Source: Candidatus Bathyarchaeota archaeon (GTDB taxonomy: Archaea > Thermoproteota > Bathyarchaeia > Bathyarchaeales > Bathycorpusculaceae). Taken from it: a stretch of 64,000 nucleotides of DNA. A program made the position numbers and the translations under genes. Position 1 is the first letter of the stretch, and the number at the start of each line of letters is the position of its first letter. The notes under the pieces were generated by a model that had not been told where the DNA came from, ran no database searches, and saw only the letters and a list, made by a program, of their open reading frames with translations. The stretch lies in contig CAWHXY010000004.1 of NCBI GenBank assembly GCA_963833575.1, positions 928,001 to 992,000 of the forward strand. Direction: 5' to 3'. Positions 9,553 to 18,345 of the stretch are shown piece by piece.

Positions 9553-10461
9553 GTGGCAAAAGCAGAGATAGAGGACACTTACGCTGAAGCCTTTACCGGA
9601 ATATTTTGTCGAATAATAGTAACTGCAGATGATGAGGAAATCTTGCGTAAGGCGGCTGAAGATTCAACAGCAACACCATCCGTTGTAATTGGCAGAACAG
9701 AAGGCGGAGTTGAAAAATACCTCACTCCCAAAGAAACTCCAGACAAACGTTACGGTGCATTATTGCAGTTCTGGGGAGAAATAAACCCTAAAAAAACTTT
9801 TGCTGAGTCACTCAAAAAGTTTGAAACCGAACTTTCTTACCGTATCAGACAAGACATCCTAGTCAAGCCCTTCACTGCCGTATTTGATTCTCTACCCACT
9901 GCTGAAGGTAAAATTGATATGATGGAAACTGTTGGGCACTGCGGCGACGGCTTTGAATGGGTTGAAAAGCGCGATGGAAGAGAAGTTATCGTCGTGCCTT
10001 TGATGGTTCCTGACTTTGTCATCGAGCATTACTTAGGCTACAGTCGCGGTGTTATGGGTGGGAACTTTTGGATAATTTGCAAAACAAAACAAGCCCTAAA
10101 ACAAGCAGGAAAAAAAGCCTTAGCCGCAATCCACACAGTTGAAGGCGTGGTTACGCCGTTTGATGTGTGTTCCGCGGGCTCCAAACCAGAAACCCATTTT
10201 CCCAAAATTGGTCCAACAACCAACCATCTCTATTGCCCATCGCTAAAGGAACGTTTAGGTAAAGACTCGCTTGTTCCCGAAGGCGTAGGATATATAGCCG
10301 AAATAGTTTACGACGGCATCTCCTTACAAGCCATTAAGCAAGCAACAAAAGCAGGAATAGAAGCCGTTTTGAATATTAATGGTGTTGTGAAAGTTTCCGC
10401 TGGCAACTACGGCGGCAAACTAGGCGAATACAAAATCCCGTTACTGGAGTTGTTTTCATGA
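9553..10461 (+). CDS. ftr: Formylmethanofuran:tetrahydromethanopterin formyltransferase family protein (Ftr paralogue, EhaS-like)
   Basis: IEDTYAEAF, ETPDKR, RIRQDIL, GDGFE, GVMGGNF, SAGSK, PTTNHLYCPSLK, EIVYDG, VSAGNYGGKLG. Confidence 0.92.
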   Translation: MAKAEIEDTYAEAFTGIFCRIIVTADDEEILRKAAEDSTATPSVVIGRTEGGVEKYLTPKETPDKRYGALLQFWGEINPKKTFAESLKKFETELSYRIRQDILVKPFTAVFDSLPTAEGKIDMMETVGHCGDGFEWVEKRDGREVIVVPLMVPDFVIEHYLGYSRGVMGGNFWIICKTKQALKQAGKKALAAIHTVEGVVTPFDVCSAGSKPETHFPKIGPTTNHLYCPSLKERLGKDSLVPEGVGYIAEIVYDGISLQAIKQATKAGIEAVLNINGVVKVSAGNYGGKLGEYKIPLLELFS

Positions 10462-11372
10462 CTAAATTTGATGTCGTTGGTTTTGGCGCACTTAATGTTG
10501 ATGTTATTTTTAAAGTTGATAGACTCGCAAAAGCAGAAGAGGAAAGCTTCGTCGAAGATTACACTGAAGCCTGCGGTGGCTCAGCTGCAAATACAGTAGT
10601 CGCCTTGGCCAGGCTTGGCTGCAAGACAGGGTTCATAGGAAAAGTAGCTGATGATCGAGAAGGTAAACTTCAAATTAACTGTTTTGACAATGAAGGTGTT
10701 GACACCAGCGGAATCATTCAGGCAAAAAAGGGCAAAAGCGGTTCAGTAATGGGGTTCGTGGACAAGAAAGGCGCAAGAACCCTCTACATCAACTCTGGCG
10801 TCAACGACACAATCGAGCCGCGCGAAATAGATTATGGTTATGTTTCTCAAACAAAATTTATACATTACTCGTCTTTTGTTGGGGAAAAATCTCTTCGTGC
10901 CCAGAAAAAGCTCCTAGCTGCTTTGCCTAACACTATAAAAATAAGTTTTGACCCTGGATCGGTCTATGCACAGAAGGGTTTTACAGCCATAGAACCAATT
11001 ATTCGAAGTACTCATGTTTTAATGCCTAATGTCCTTGAACTCGAACTTTTAACTGGGGAAACGGATTACCGTAAAGGCGCCGATTTAATGATTGATGCGG
11101 GCGTAAAAATTGTGGCAGTTAAGCTTGGCGAAAAAGGTAGCTACGTTACTGACGGTCAAGACCAGCTTACAATAGAACCTTTCAAAGTTAAAGCGGTCGA
11201 CACAACTGGTGCTGGCGATGCTTTCTGTGCAGGCTTCCTTTACGGTTTAATTAACAAGAAAAGCCTCTTTGAATGTGGGCAGATTGGGAATTTTGTAGCT
11301 TCCAGAAGCGTGATGGCGTTGGGTGCCCGTGCAGGCTTGCCCTATGTTAAGGATTTAGCATTTCTTTACTAG
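10458..11372 (+). CDS. PfkB/ribokinase-family (nucleoside or sugar) kinase, EhaT-like
   Basis: GGSAANTVVALARLG, FDPG, PNVLE, VKLGEKGS, DTTGAGDAFCAGF. Confidence 0.93.
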   Translation: MTKFDVVGFGALNVDVIFKVDRLAKAEEESFVEDYTEACGGSAANTVVALARLGCKTGFIGKVADDREGKLQINCFDNEGVDTSGIIQAKKGKSGSVMGFVDKKGARTLYINSGVNDTIEPREIDYGYVSQTKFIHYSSFVGEKSLRAQKKLLAALPNTIKISFDPGSVYAQKGFTAIEPIIRSTHVLMPNVLELELLTGETDYRKGADLMIDAGVKIVAVKLGEKGSYVTDGQDQLTIEPFKVKAVDTTGAGDAFCAGFLYGLINKKSLFECGQIGNFVASRSVMALGARAGLPYVKDLAFLY

Positions 11373-12173
11373 ATTATCAATTATGCTTTGGAAGATTAGT
11401 TTTCCGTCGCCATACTGTAGCATCTGATGTTCGCGAGTCCAGTTGGGTTGTTGCCACCAGTACATTGATCTCTCTGGGTGAGGCATTAAACCAAAAATGT
11501 TTCCTTCCCTGTTACATATTCCAGCAATATCATAAGTGGAGCCGTTTGGATTAATTGGATAACTGCCGTTTGCAATGTTGCCGTTTTTGTCGCAGTATCG
11601 AAAAACAACCATATCGTTATCGATTAATTTTGCCAGCATCTCTTCTTCTTTTTCCTTAGGAAACAATAACCTGCCTTCTCCATGGGCAATAGGCATCCCT
11701 AACACTTTGCCAACTGGAATTTTATTCGTAAAAATGCTTTTTCCTTTATTTTCATGCTTAAGATAAACCCATTGGCACTTGAAGCCCGATGGCTCATTTG
11801 TAGTCAATGTTACTTCTGGATAGGTGCTTACTCCTTCCAAACCTGGAAGTAAACCGTATTCAACAAGGATTTGGAAGCCGTTGCAAATGCCCAGAATTGG
11901 TCTGCCTTCATCGATGAAAGTTTCCATTTCTTTTCCTAATTTGACTGAGAGGTGTCTTGCAAAAATCACGCCGGAACGCACATAATCGCCGAACGAGAAG
12001 CCGCCTGGAAAAACCAGCACTTGATAGTCCAGCAGGTTTTTGCGTTTCATTAACTCGTTAACATGTAAAGTTTCTGCTTTAACACCTATTTCTTGAAATG
12101 CCCGTTGGGTTTCGGCGTCACAGTTGGTACCGCCGACACGCATAACGCAGACTTTGATTTCTTCTTGGTTCAT
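11355..12173 (-). CDS. purQ: FGAM synthase glutaminase subunit
   Basis: GTNCD, PGGFSFGDY, GICNGFQIL, AHGEG, GLMPHPER; start ATG 12173 overlaps the purL stop (TAATG). Confidence 0.96.
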   Translation of the reverse strand: MNQEEIKVCVMRVGGTNCDAETQRAFQEIGVKAETLHVNELMKRKNLLDYQVLVFPGGFSFGDYVRSGVIFARHLSVKLGKEMETFIDEGRPILGICNGFQILVEYGLLPGLEGVSTYPEVTLTTNEPSGFKCQWVYLKHENKGKSIFTNKIPVGKVLGMPIAHGEGRLLFPKEKEEEMLAKLIDNDMVVFRYCDKNGNIANGSYPINPNGSTYDIAGICNREGNIFGLMPHPERSMYWWQQPNWTREHQMLQYGDGKLIFQSIIDNLVKKC

Positions 12174-14554
12174 TAGGATTCCCCGCTTAACGTTTTCTTC
12201 CAAGCATGCCGCAACTCGACAAGTGAAGCATCGACCACCGTTTTCTGATTTAATCCGTGAATGGCCAGTTTCTCATTTTTGGTTACTTTCCCAATTTGGG
12301 CACACATTTTACCCTTCATCAAAGCTTCAAATTCTTTTCTGTCTTGTTCCGCCACTTCCATAAGGAAACGGCTATTTGACTCCGAAAATAAGATAAAGTC
12401 ATTCCGTTCTAGTGGTTTGCCAGGCACTTTTGATAAATCCAGTTCTAACCCATAGCCGCCTGCAAATGCCATCTCCGCTGCAGCTACTGCTAATCCTCCT
12501 TCTGAGAGGTCGTGGCATGATTTGACTAAACCAGAATCGATGGCTTTGGTTACGGCTTTGAATGTGCGTTTGGCTTTTGCTCCTTTGACTTTGGGTACGT
12601 TTGCGCCTAAGTAGCCTTTGAGTTTGTAGTATTCTGAGCCGCCAAGTTCGTTGAAGGTTTCTCCGATAATGTAGAGTAGGTTGCCTGGTGCTTTCAAATC
12701 CATGGATGTGGTGTATTGAAGATTTGGAATCACGCCAACTGCTGTAATAAGAAGAGTCGGTGTGATTGGACCTAGAGGAGACTCGTTATAGAGACTGTCT
12801 TTTCCAGAGATGAATGGCGTCCTAAACGCTGTTGCAAAATCGTAGCAGGCTTCACAAGCTTTAACCAGTGAACCCAATCGCTCTGGTTTCTCAGGATTTC
12901 CCCATGTAAAATTATCTAGCAGAGCAATTCTTCTACCGCCAACAGCAATGTTATTTCTCACTGCCTCGTCAATTGCTGAAGCCGCCATCCAATAAGCATC
13001 AATCTTACCGTAATTCGGGTTCATGCCGCAAGAAATCGTTAAACCTTTCCATGAATCATCAAGGGGTTTTAGAACAGCTGCATCGTTTGGCCCTGCATAT
13101 TCTCCCTGAAGAGGCTTGAGTGTGGTGTTTCCTTTTACTTCGTGGTCGTATGTTCGGATGACGCTTTCTTTGCTGGCAATGTTTGGCGAAGAAAGAAGCT
13201 GCATTAAGCTTTCAGTTAGGTTCTGCGGTTCAGGGAACTCTGGTTCAATGAAACTTTGTTTTTCAATGGTTGCGATTTTCATGCTTTTGCATGGATTGAA
13301 CAGAAATGCCATTTCCATGTCTGCAACCTTTTCGCCGTTAAAACTGAGTTGCAAACGGCGTTCGATTGTCAGTTTGCCAATTGCAGTGGCTTGAACATCT
13401 TCCTTCTCAAAAACTGCCATAACTTGCTCGAGATTTTCCGGTGGAACTGTTATAAGCATTCTCTCTTGTGATTCAGAAATGTAAATTTCCCATGGAGCCA
13501 AGCCCTGATGCTTCAAAGGCACCTTGCCAAGGTCAATTGCAACTCCGCAGTCAAATCTCTCGCCAGTTTCTCCGACTGCTGAAGATAAGCCTCCTCCGCC
13601 AAGGTCAGTTGTCGCCGACGCCAATTGTAAATCGCGGATTTCTATTATTGCCCGCTTCACTTTCTCTTCTTCGATTGGGTCGGCGATTTGTACGGCAGGA
13701 CGGGATATTTCTTCTGATTTCTCAGTTAATTCGGCTGAGGCAAATGTTACGCCGTGGATTCCGTCACGACCAGTTTTTCCTCCTGCTACGACGATTATGT
13801 GTTCTGGTTTAGCATTTTTTGTGAATTTGCTTAATGGTAAAATCCCGATGCATCCGCAATGTACAGTGACGTTGCCTGTGTAGCTTTCGTCAAAATATAT
13901 TGCTCCGTTAACAGTTGGGATGCCCATGTTATTTCCATACGCGCTAATTCCCGCGGTGACGCCCATGTAAACGTATTTTGGATGTTTGACTCCTGCGGGA
14001 AGCTTGTTATAATCATAGTCTAATGGTCCGAAGCCTAAAACATCCGTGCAGGCGATTGGATCAGCCCATACACCAAGGATATCTCGGATGACGCCTCCGA
14101 CCCCTGTAGCTGCCCCACCGAAAGGCTCAACTGCAGACGGATGATTGTGAGTTTCAACTTTGGCTGCTATTCCATAGCCTTTGTCAAATTTTACGATCCC
14201 TGCGTTATCTTCAAAAACGCTAAAGCACCAAGGGGCTTTGATTTCTTTGGTGGCTTTTTGAATGTAGGTTTTGAATAGGCTGTCGATTTCTTTGCCGTCA
14301 ATTTGGATTTTTCCTTTGAATGTTTTGTGGTAGCAGTGTTCGGACCACGTTTGACTAATGGTTTGCAGTTCCAAGTCTGTTGGGTTTCTGCCTTCAGATT
14401 TGAAGTAGGTTTGAATGCTTTTCATTTCTTCTAAGCTTAAGCCCAAAGCTAGTTCATTGCTGATTTCAATTAGCTGTTGGTCAGTTGCTGTGGTCAGTGC
14501 AGCTTCGTAAAGTGAGTAGTTTGCTTCTCGTTGGATGTAGAGGTTAGCGTTCAT
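12173..14554 (-). CDS. purL: FGAM synthase synthetase subunit
   Basis: WSEHCYHK, KVETHNHPSAVEPFGGAATGVGGVIRD, DLGGGG, SESQERM, HDLSEGGL. Confidence 0.97.
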   Translation of the reverse strand: MNANLYIQREANYSLYEAALTTATDQQLIEISNELALGLSLEEMKSIQTYFKSEGRNPTDLELQTISQTWSEHCYHKTFKGKIQIDGKEIDSLFKTYIQKATKEIKAPWCFSVFEDNAGIVKFDKGYGIAAKVETHNHPSAVEPFGGAATGVGGVIRDILGVWADPIACTDVLGFGPLDYDYNKLPAGVKHPKYVYMGVTAGISAYGNNMGIPTVNGAIYFDESYTGNVTVHCGCIGILPLSKFTKNAKPEHIIVVAGGKTGRDGIHGVTFASAELTEKSEEISRPAVQIADPIEEEKVKRAIIEIRDLQLASATTDLGGGGLSSAVGETGERFDCGVAIDLGKVPLKHQGLAPWEIYISESQERMLITVPPENLEQVMAVFEKEDVQATAIGKLTIERRLQLSFNGEKVADMEMAFLFNPCKSMKIATIEKQSFIEPEFPEPQNLTESLMQLLSSPNIASKESVIRTYDHEVKGNTTLKPLQGEYAGPNDAAVLKPLDDSWKGLTISCGMNPNYGKIDAYWMAASAIDEAVRNNIAVGGRRIALLDNFTWGNPEKPERLGSLVKACEACYDFATAFRTPFISGKDSLYNESPLGPITPTLLITAVGVIPNLQYTTSMDLKAPGNLLYIIGETFNELGGSEYYKLKGYLGANVPKVKGAKAKRTFKAVTKAIDSGLVKSCHDLSEGGLAVAAAEMAFAGGYGLELDLSKVPGKPLERNDFILFSESNSRFLMEVAEQDRKEFEALMKGKMCAQIGKVTKNEKLAIHGLNQKTVVDASLVELRHAWKKTLSGES

Positions 14555-14802
14555 TTATGCTCCTCAACATTTATTGTGTAATTATCTTTGGTTGGGTTTG
14601 CCAAAAGGCGCTTGCTCATGTCTTCCGCTTTTGCTTTGGCTTCGGCAATTGTTGAGGCATCAAGAGTGACTGTGTAAACTTTGCTAACGTCTACGCTTTC
14701 GACTTTGTATCCGAGTTCTTTGAGTAAATGGGATGTTGTTTCTCCTTCAGGATTGCTGTGGCCTGGCTTTAAGCTGACCTCTATTTTCGCTAGGTATTTC
14801 AT
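14551..14802 (-). CDS. purS: FGAM synthase subunit PurS
   Basis: LKPGHSNPEG and LLANP motifs; 83 aa from ATG 14802; overlaps the purL start. Confidence 0.9.
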   Translation of the reverse strand: MKYLAKIEVSLKPGHSNPEGETTSHLLKELGYKVESVDVSKVYTVTLDASTIAEAKAKAEDMSKRLLANPTKDNYTINVEEHK

Positions 14803-14860
14803 AAAGCCTTTAAATCGAGGTTTAGGATTTAAAGACTTTCGCCATAAAGAATGCAAAACT

Positions 14861-15940
14861 TTACGTTAAAACCAATTTTTTGTTTTGGAACTTTATTTCA
14901 ACCGTTTGTTTGTCTGTTACTTTTCCTATTATCTCAGGCTTTAAGTCGCCTTGCTCAAGCGTATTAATTGCTTTGTCGGTCTCTTTTTTGTCTACGATTA
15001 TGCCAAAACCCCAACCCATATTGAATGTTTTGAACATTTCTTCATCTGTGATTGTAAAGCCGAGTTCAGCTGCTGTTTTTTGGATCAAGCCAAAAATCGG
15101 TTGTGGCTTAAAATTGTTGAATTCGAAGCCTATTCCAGGCGAGACACTAACAAGGTTATTGAATTTCATGTAAGCGTCGCCTGTTATGTGTACAGCTCCT
15201 TTGACTTTCACTTCACTGGCTAGTTTGAGTAAGGGTTTAACATAGATTTTAGTGGGTTCTAATGCTTCCAAAACGATTTCTCTATCCAATCCTTTGGGGA
15301 TATCGTTGAGTTCGTATTTTCCTCCCCATTCTTTAAAGAGGATTTTTCTTGCCATTGTTATGCCGTTGCTATGCAATCCGCTGCTCGCTAAACCTATAAT
15401 TGGGTCACCTGGTTTGATGTTTTCTCCAGTTATGATTCTTTGTTTTTCAACTTGACCGACTGAGGCGACGACCATGTCAAACCCAACCTTTTCGGTTACC
15501 CCTTTAATTATTTCAGCTACGTCGCCTGTTTCTCCATTAGTAACTGGACATTCAGATTCAGCTGCGCCTTGAATAATTCCTTTCAGCCACTCTTTTACAA
15601 GCAGTGGGTTACTTTCTTGTGCATGTATATTGTCTGCGATTGCAAGTGGCTTAGCTCCTGATCGAATTACATCATTAACGACCATAGCAACTGCATCAAT
15701 GCCGATTGTGTCATATTTCCTGGCTAATTGTGCTAAGAGAACTTTGGTGCCTACTCCTTCAATTTCAAGATCCAAAAACAAATTTTCTGCAATTGGAAAA
15801 ATATTGCCATAAGGTAAATGCATGATGCCGCCATAAAGGCTGTGCTTGTATGTTTCTTTCAGGTTCTGCAGCGCCTTTTTTGATTCAACACGTTGTTTTC
15901 GGTTAACGCCTGCATCAGTATAAGTAAAGTTTTTGGGCAT
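14861..15940 (-). CDS. purM: AIR synthetase
   Basis: YTDAGV, EGVGTK, DAVAMVVND, GETG, SSGLHSNG, HITG, EMFKTFNMGWG. Confidence 0.96.
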   Translation of the reverse strand: MPKNFTYTDAGVNRKQRVESKKALQNLKETYKHSLYGGIMHLPYGNIFPIAENLFLDLEIEGVGTKVLLAQLARKYDTIGIDAVAMVVNDVIRSGAKPLAIADNIHAQESNPLLVKEWLKGIIQGAAESECPVTNGETGDVAEIIKGVTEKVGFDMVVASVGQVEKQRIITGENIKPGDPIIGLASSGLHSNGITMARKILFKEWGGKYELNDIPKGLDREIVLEALEPTKIYVKPLLKLASEVKVKGAVHITGDAYMKFNNLVSVSPGIGFEFNNFKPQPIFGLIQKTAAELGFTITDEEMFKTFNMGWGFGIIVDKKETDKAINTLEQGDLKPEIIGKVTDKQTVEIKFQNKKLVLT

Positions 15941-16080
15941 AGACAGGTTTCTCCTTGCACGCTAATGATTAAGTTACTGTCTCATAACGATTTTGTTTCT
16001 CTAAAATCCTGACCGGTTTCTTTTGTAACTTTTAGTGGGCAACGTTTTTGTGTTCCGAGCGTTGATTACAACTGATTAGT

Positions 16081-16917
16081 TTGCCCAATCCCAAATATCA
16101 TATCTACTTAGAATATTCTGAGCTAGATAAGTCTGGAGTGCGCTTCAATATTTCTCAAGAGGAACTTAATCGAACCTTCGCCACACCCTTCAATGCCAAC
16201 CAACCCTTTTGGTTCGCTGGTAGACTTCTCAACCCCATCAAAGCCTCTAAAGTTGTACTCTTCTGGTCGTATGAAACAGCCGATAAACTAAAGCTGCCTA
16301 ACCAAGAAAGCATTGTAGCTGTCAAAGACAAAAAATATCTAATCGAAAGCATTATCAAAGGCAAAGTCAAAGGGGCGTACCTTTGCACAGAAAAATTCTT
16401 AGAGACACCAGAGAGAGCTACTGTACCCACTCAATCGGTAGAGGCTTCTTTGGGAAATACCCGGCGCAGAATTTTCGTTGTTTCTGGCACTGACGATGTA
16501 ATGAAACAAGCTCTTACTGGGTCTTTGACCAAACTTTTGCTATCGCCGGTTATAATTCATGAAGAGCCTGGTTTAGGCAGAAAAATAATAGAACATTTCA
16601 CAGACTACAATGACGTGAAATTTGCCCTAGTTTTGCTCTCCCCAGATGATCATGTTTACTCTAGGGCTGATCCATTCACAAAAAGCAAGCTAAAGCCTCG
16701 TCAAGATGTTATTTTCCTACTTGGCTTCCTGATAGGCGCGCTCGGCAAAGGCAACGTACTTGTATTCTTCAGAGAACACGAAAACTTTGAAATCCCTCTT
16801 GATTTTGAAGGAATAAAATTCACAGCATTCGACGACCGTGACAGTTGGAAACTTGCACTAATACGGGAACTAACTAAAAGCGGGTACACAGTCGACGGAA
16901 AAAGAATTCTAAAATAA
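16081..16917 (+). CDS. Protein with a C-terminal TIR-like domain (COG4271/CAP12-PycTIR type), active site degenerate
   Basis: IFVVSGTD...PVIIHEEPGLGRKIIEHF...FALVLLSPDD...RQDVIFLLGFLIGALG...EIPLDFEG matches the family pattern; N-terminal ~125 aa unassigned. Confidence 0.8.
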   Translation: MPNPKYHIYLEYSELDKSGVRFNISQEELNRTFATPFNANQPFWFAGRLLNPIKASKVVLFWSYETADKLKLPNQESIVAVKDKKYLIESIIKGKVKGAYLCTEKFLETPERATVPTQSVEASLGNTRRRIFVVSGTDDVMKQALTGSLTKLLLSPVIIHEEPGLGRKIIEHFTDYNDVKFALVLLSPDDHVYSRADPFTKSKLKPRQDVIFLLGFLIGALGKGNVLVFFREHENFEIPLDFEGIKFTAFDDRDSWKLALIRELTKSGYTVDGKRILK

Positions 16918-17011
16918 ACTCTTTCCAGTCACTTGATTTTTAGATCGCAAAGTTTCTATATCAAATGAACCAATCCTATGCAATAGCCACTGTACATAAC
17001 AAACAATATTT

Positions 17012-17084
17012 GCGGTCGTAGTCTAGTTCGGTAGGACATCAGCTTCCCAAGCTGACGACCCGGGTTCAAATCCCGGTGACCGCA
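17012..17084 (+). tRNA. tRNA-Gly (CCC)
   Basis: Acceptor GCGGTCG/TGACCGC, D arm GTC..GAC, anticodon arm TCAGC-TTCCCAA-GCTGA, T arm CCGGG-TTCAAAT-CCCGG; no intron; complete CCA not encoded. Confidence 0.96.
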
Positions 17085-17364
17085 CCTTAATTCACTAAAA
17101 GAAGCTGGCTTTGAGCTTATAGCGTCTTATTGAAATCCCTAAGAAACTTAGCCTTTGTATTAAAATTATTCAAGAAACCTGCATAACTGAGAATCACGCC
17201 TTGGTAAATCTTGGCTTTCTTCTGATTTGATCTTTCAATAAATATTTGTAATTTTAATCAAAGCTATCCTGATAACGCAAATATTCAATCTCTTTTTGGC
17301 TAAGGAACTTAATTTCAGGCGCAGTTGGTAGATGCAACGGTGAGTACCCTTTTTTCATGTGATC

Positions 17365-18201
17365 TTATGCCAATGCTGAATTACTTTTATTGGACTTGGA
17401 TTGTTTGATCGCAGGTAACGCTTCGCTATCGCACTTTTTTTGAGCTTTATTCCAGAGGTCTTCAAAGTGGGTCTCCGCCAGTTTTATAACATGGGGGCTA
17501 TTTGTCCATAAGCTGGGTATCGCCTTTTCGGATATGGCTAGGGTCACTTGTTGTTTATCAAATATATGCATTCCAAAGGGAATTGATTTCCGGGGTAAGT
17601 ACCTGAGTTCAAATAAGGGATTTTTCGATAAAGTTTTTGGGGTTTTGGAAATTGTTTCTTCATCAACTTTTTCTGCAATAGCTCGAATTTTTACGCCTCT
17701 TCTTATCGCCCGCGTGATGTAATTGCAATATTGGAATAATATTTTCTCATTCAATGGAAAAACAAAATCAATATCTTTTTTGGTCATGTCGGCCAAATTA
17801 GTATGCATTTTTGCAAGAAGAGCCCTTTCAGAAGTAATGGTGAACTGAATATTTTCATTCAAAATTTGTTGGTCGTAATTGTCATTAAAATTGTTAAACA
17901 TCGAGTTTACTTGCTTTTTTGTTTTAATGTAATCTTCTTTTTTGTGTTGCAGTAGGCTACAAAGACCTTCTTTGATTGGGGTGGCTTTATACATCGTTGT
18001 TTTGGCTATGATTTTTTCTGCAAGCCCCAACTTTTGTAGTGAAGGCATTATTCTGTAGATGTCTTGTCGAGCCGTGTTTGAAGTTTTTGCTAGTGTTTTT
18101 ACGTCTGTTTTTCCGAGTTTTGCGAGATTCAAGTATGTTTTTGACTGTAGATAGCTTAGTCCCAAGCTTATCAGTGTCTGAATTTGTTCTTCCTGAATTA
18201 T
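17365..18201 (-). CDS. TrmB-family transcriptional regulator
   Basis: LGLSYLQSKTYLNL...ARQDIYRIMPSLQKLGLAEK wHTH plus effector domain (RRGVKIRAI, IFDKQQV, FEDLW). Family-like sequence extends 12 codons upstream of the TTG at 18165, to an ATA at 18201. Confidence 0.88.
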   Translation of the reverse strand: MIQEEQIQTLISLGLSYLQSKTYLNLAKLGKTDVKTLAKTSNTARQDIYRIMPSLQKLGLAEKIIAKTTMYKATPIKEGLCSLLQHKKEDYIKTKKQVNSMFNNFNDNYDQQILNENIQFTITSERALLAKMHTNLADMTKKDIDFVFPLNEKILFQYCNYITRAIRRGVKIRAIAEKVDEETISKTPKTLSKNPLFELRYLPRKSIPFGMHIFDKQQVTLAISEKAIPSLWTNSPHVIKLAETHFEDLWNKAQKKCDSEALPAIKQSKSNKSNSALA

Positions 18202-18263
18202 GTTGAAGCCCTTCCTTAAGGCATTTATCAGTCAGGAGACTCACATAAGCTTTTTTACTAATT

Positions 18264-18295
18264 GTCACAAGTCGAACTTGTTACTAGTCTTTAAA
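18264..18295 (+). promoter_or_regulatory. Palindromic operator plus TATA-like box upstream of surface-protein gene 1
   Basis: GTCACAAGT-CGA-ACTTGTTAC (18264-18284, 8/9 inverted repeat) followed by TTTAAA at 18290. Confidence 0.6.
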
Positions 18296-18345
18296 GGCTC
18301 TTTTTGAATATCGTTGAAGCCACAGAATAAAGGAAAGGAAAAGAA

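Noticed and set aside
9553-10461. ftr as evidence of a methanogenesis or Eha hydrogenase locus
   Set aside because: No fwd, mch, mtd, mer, mtr, mcr or hydrogenase subunit genes in the window; the context is entirely purine biosynthesis.
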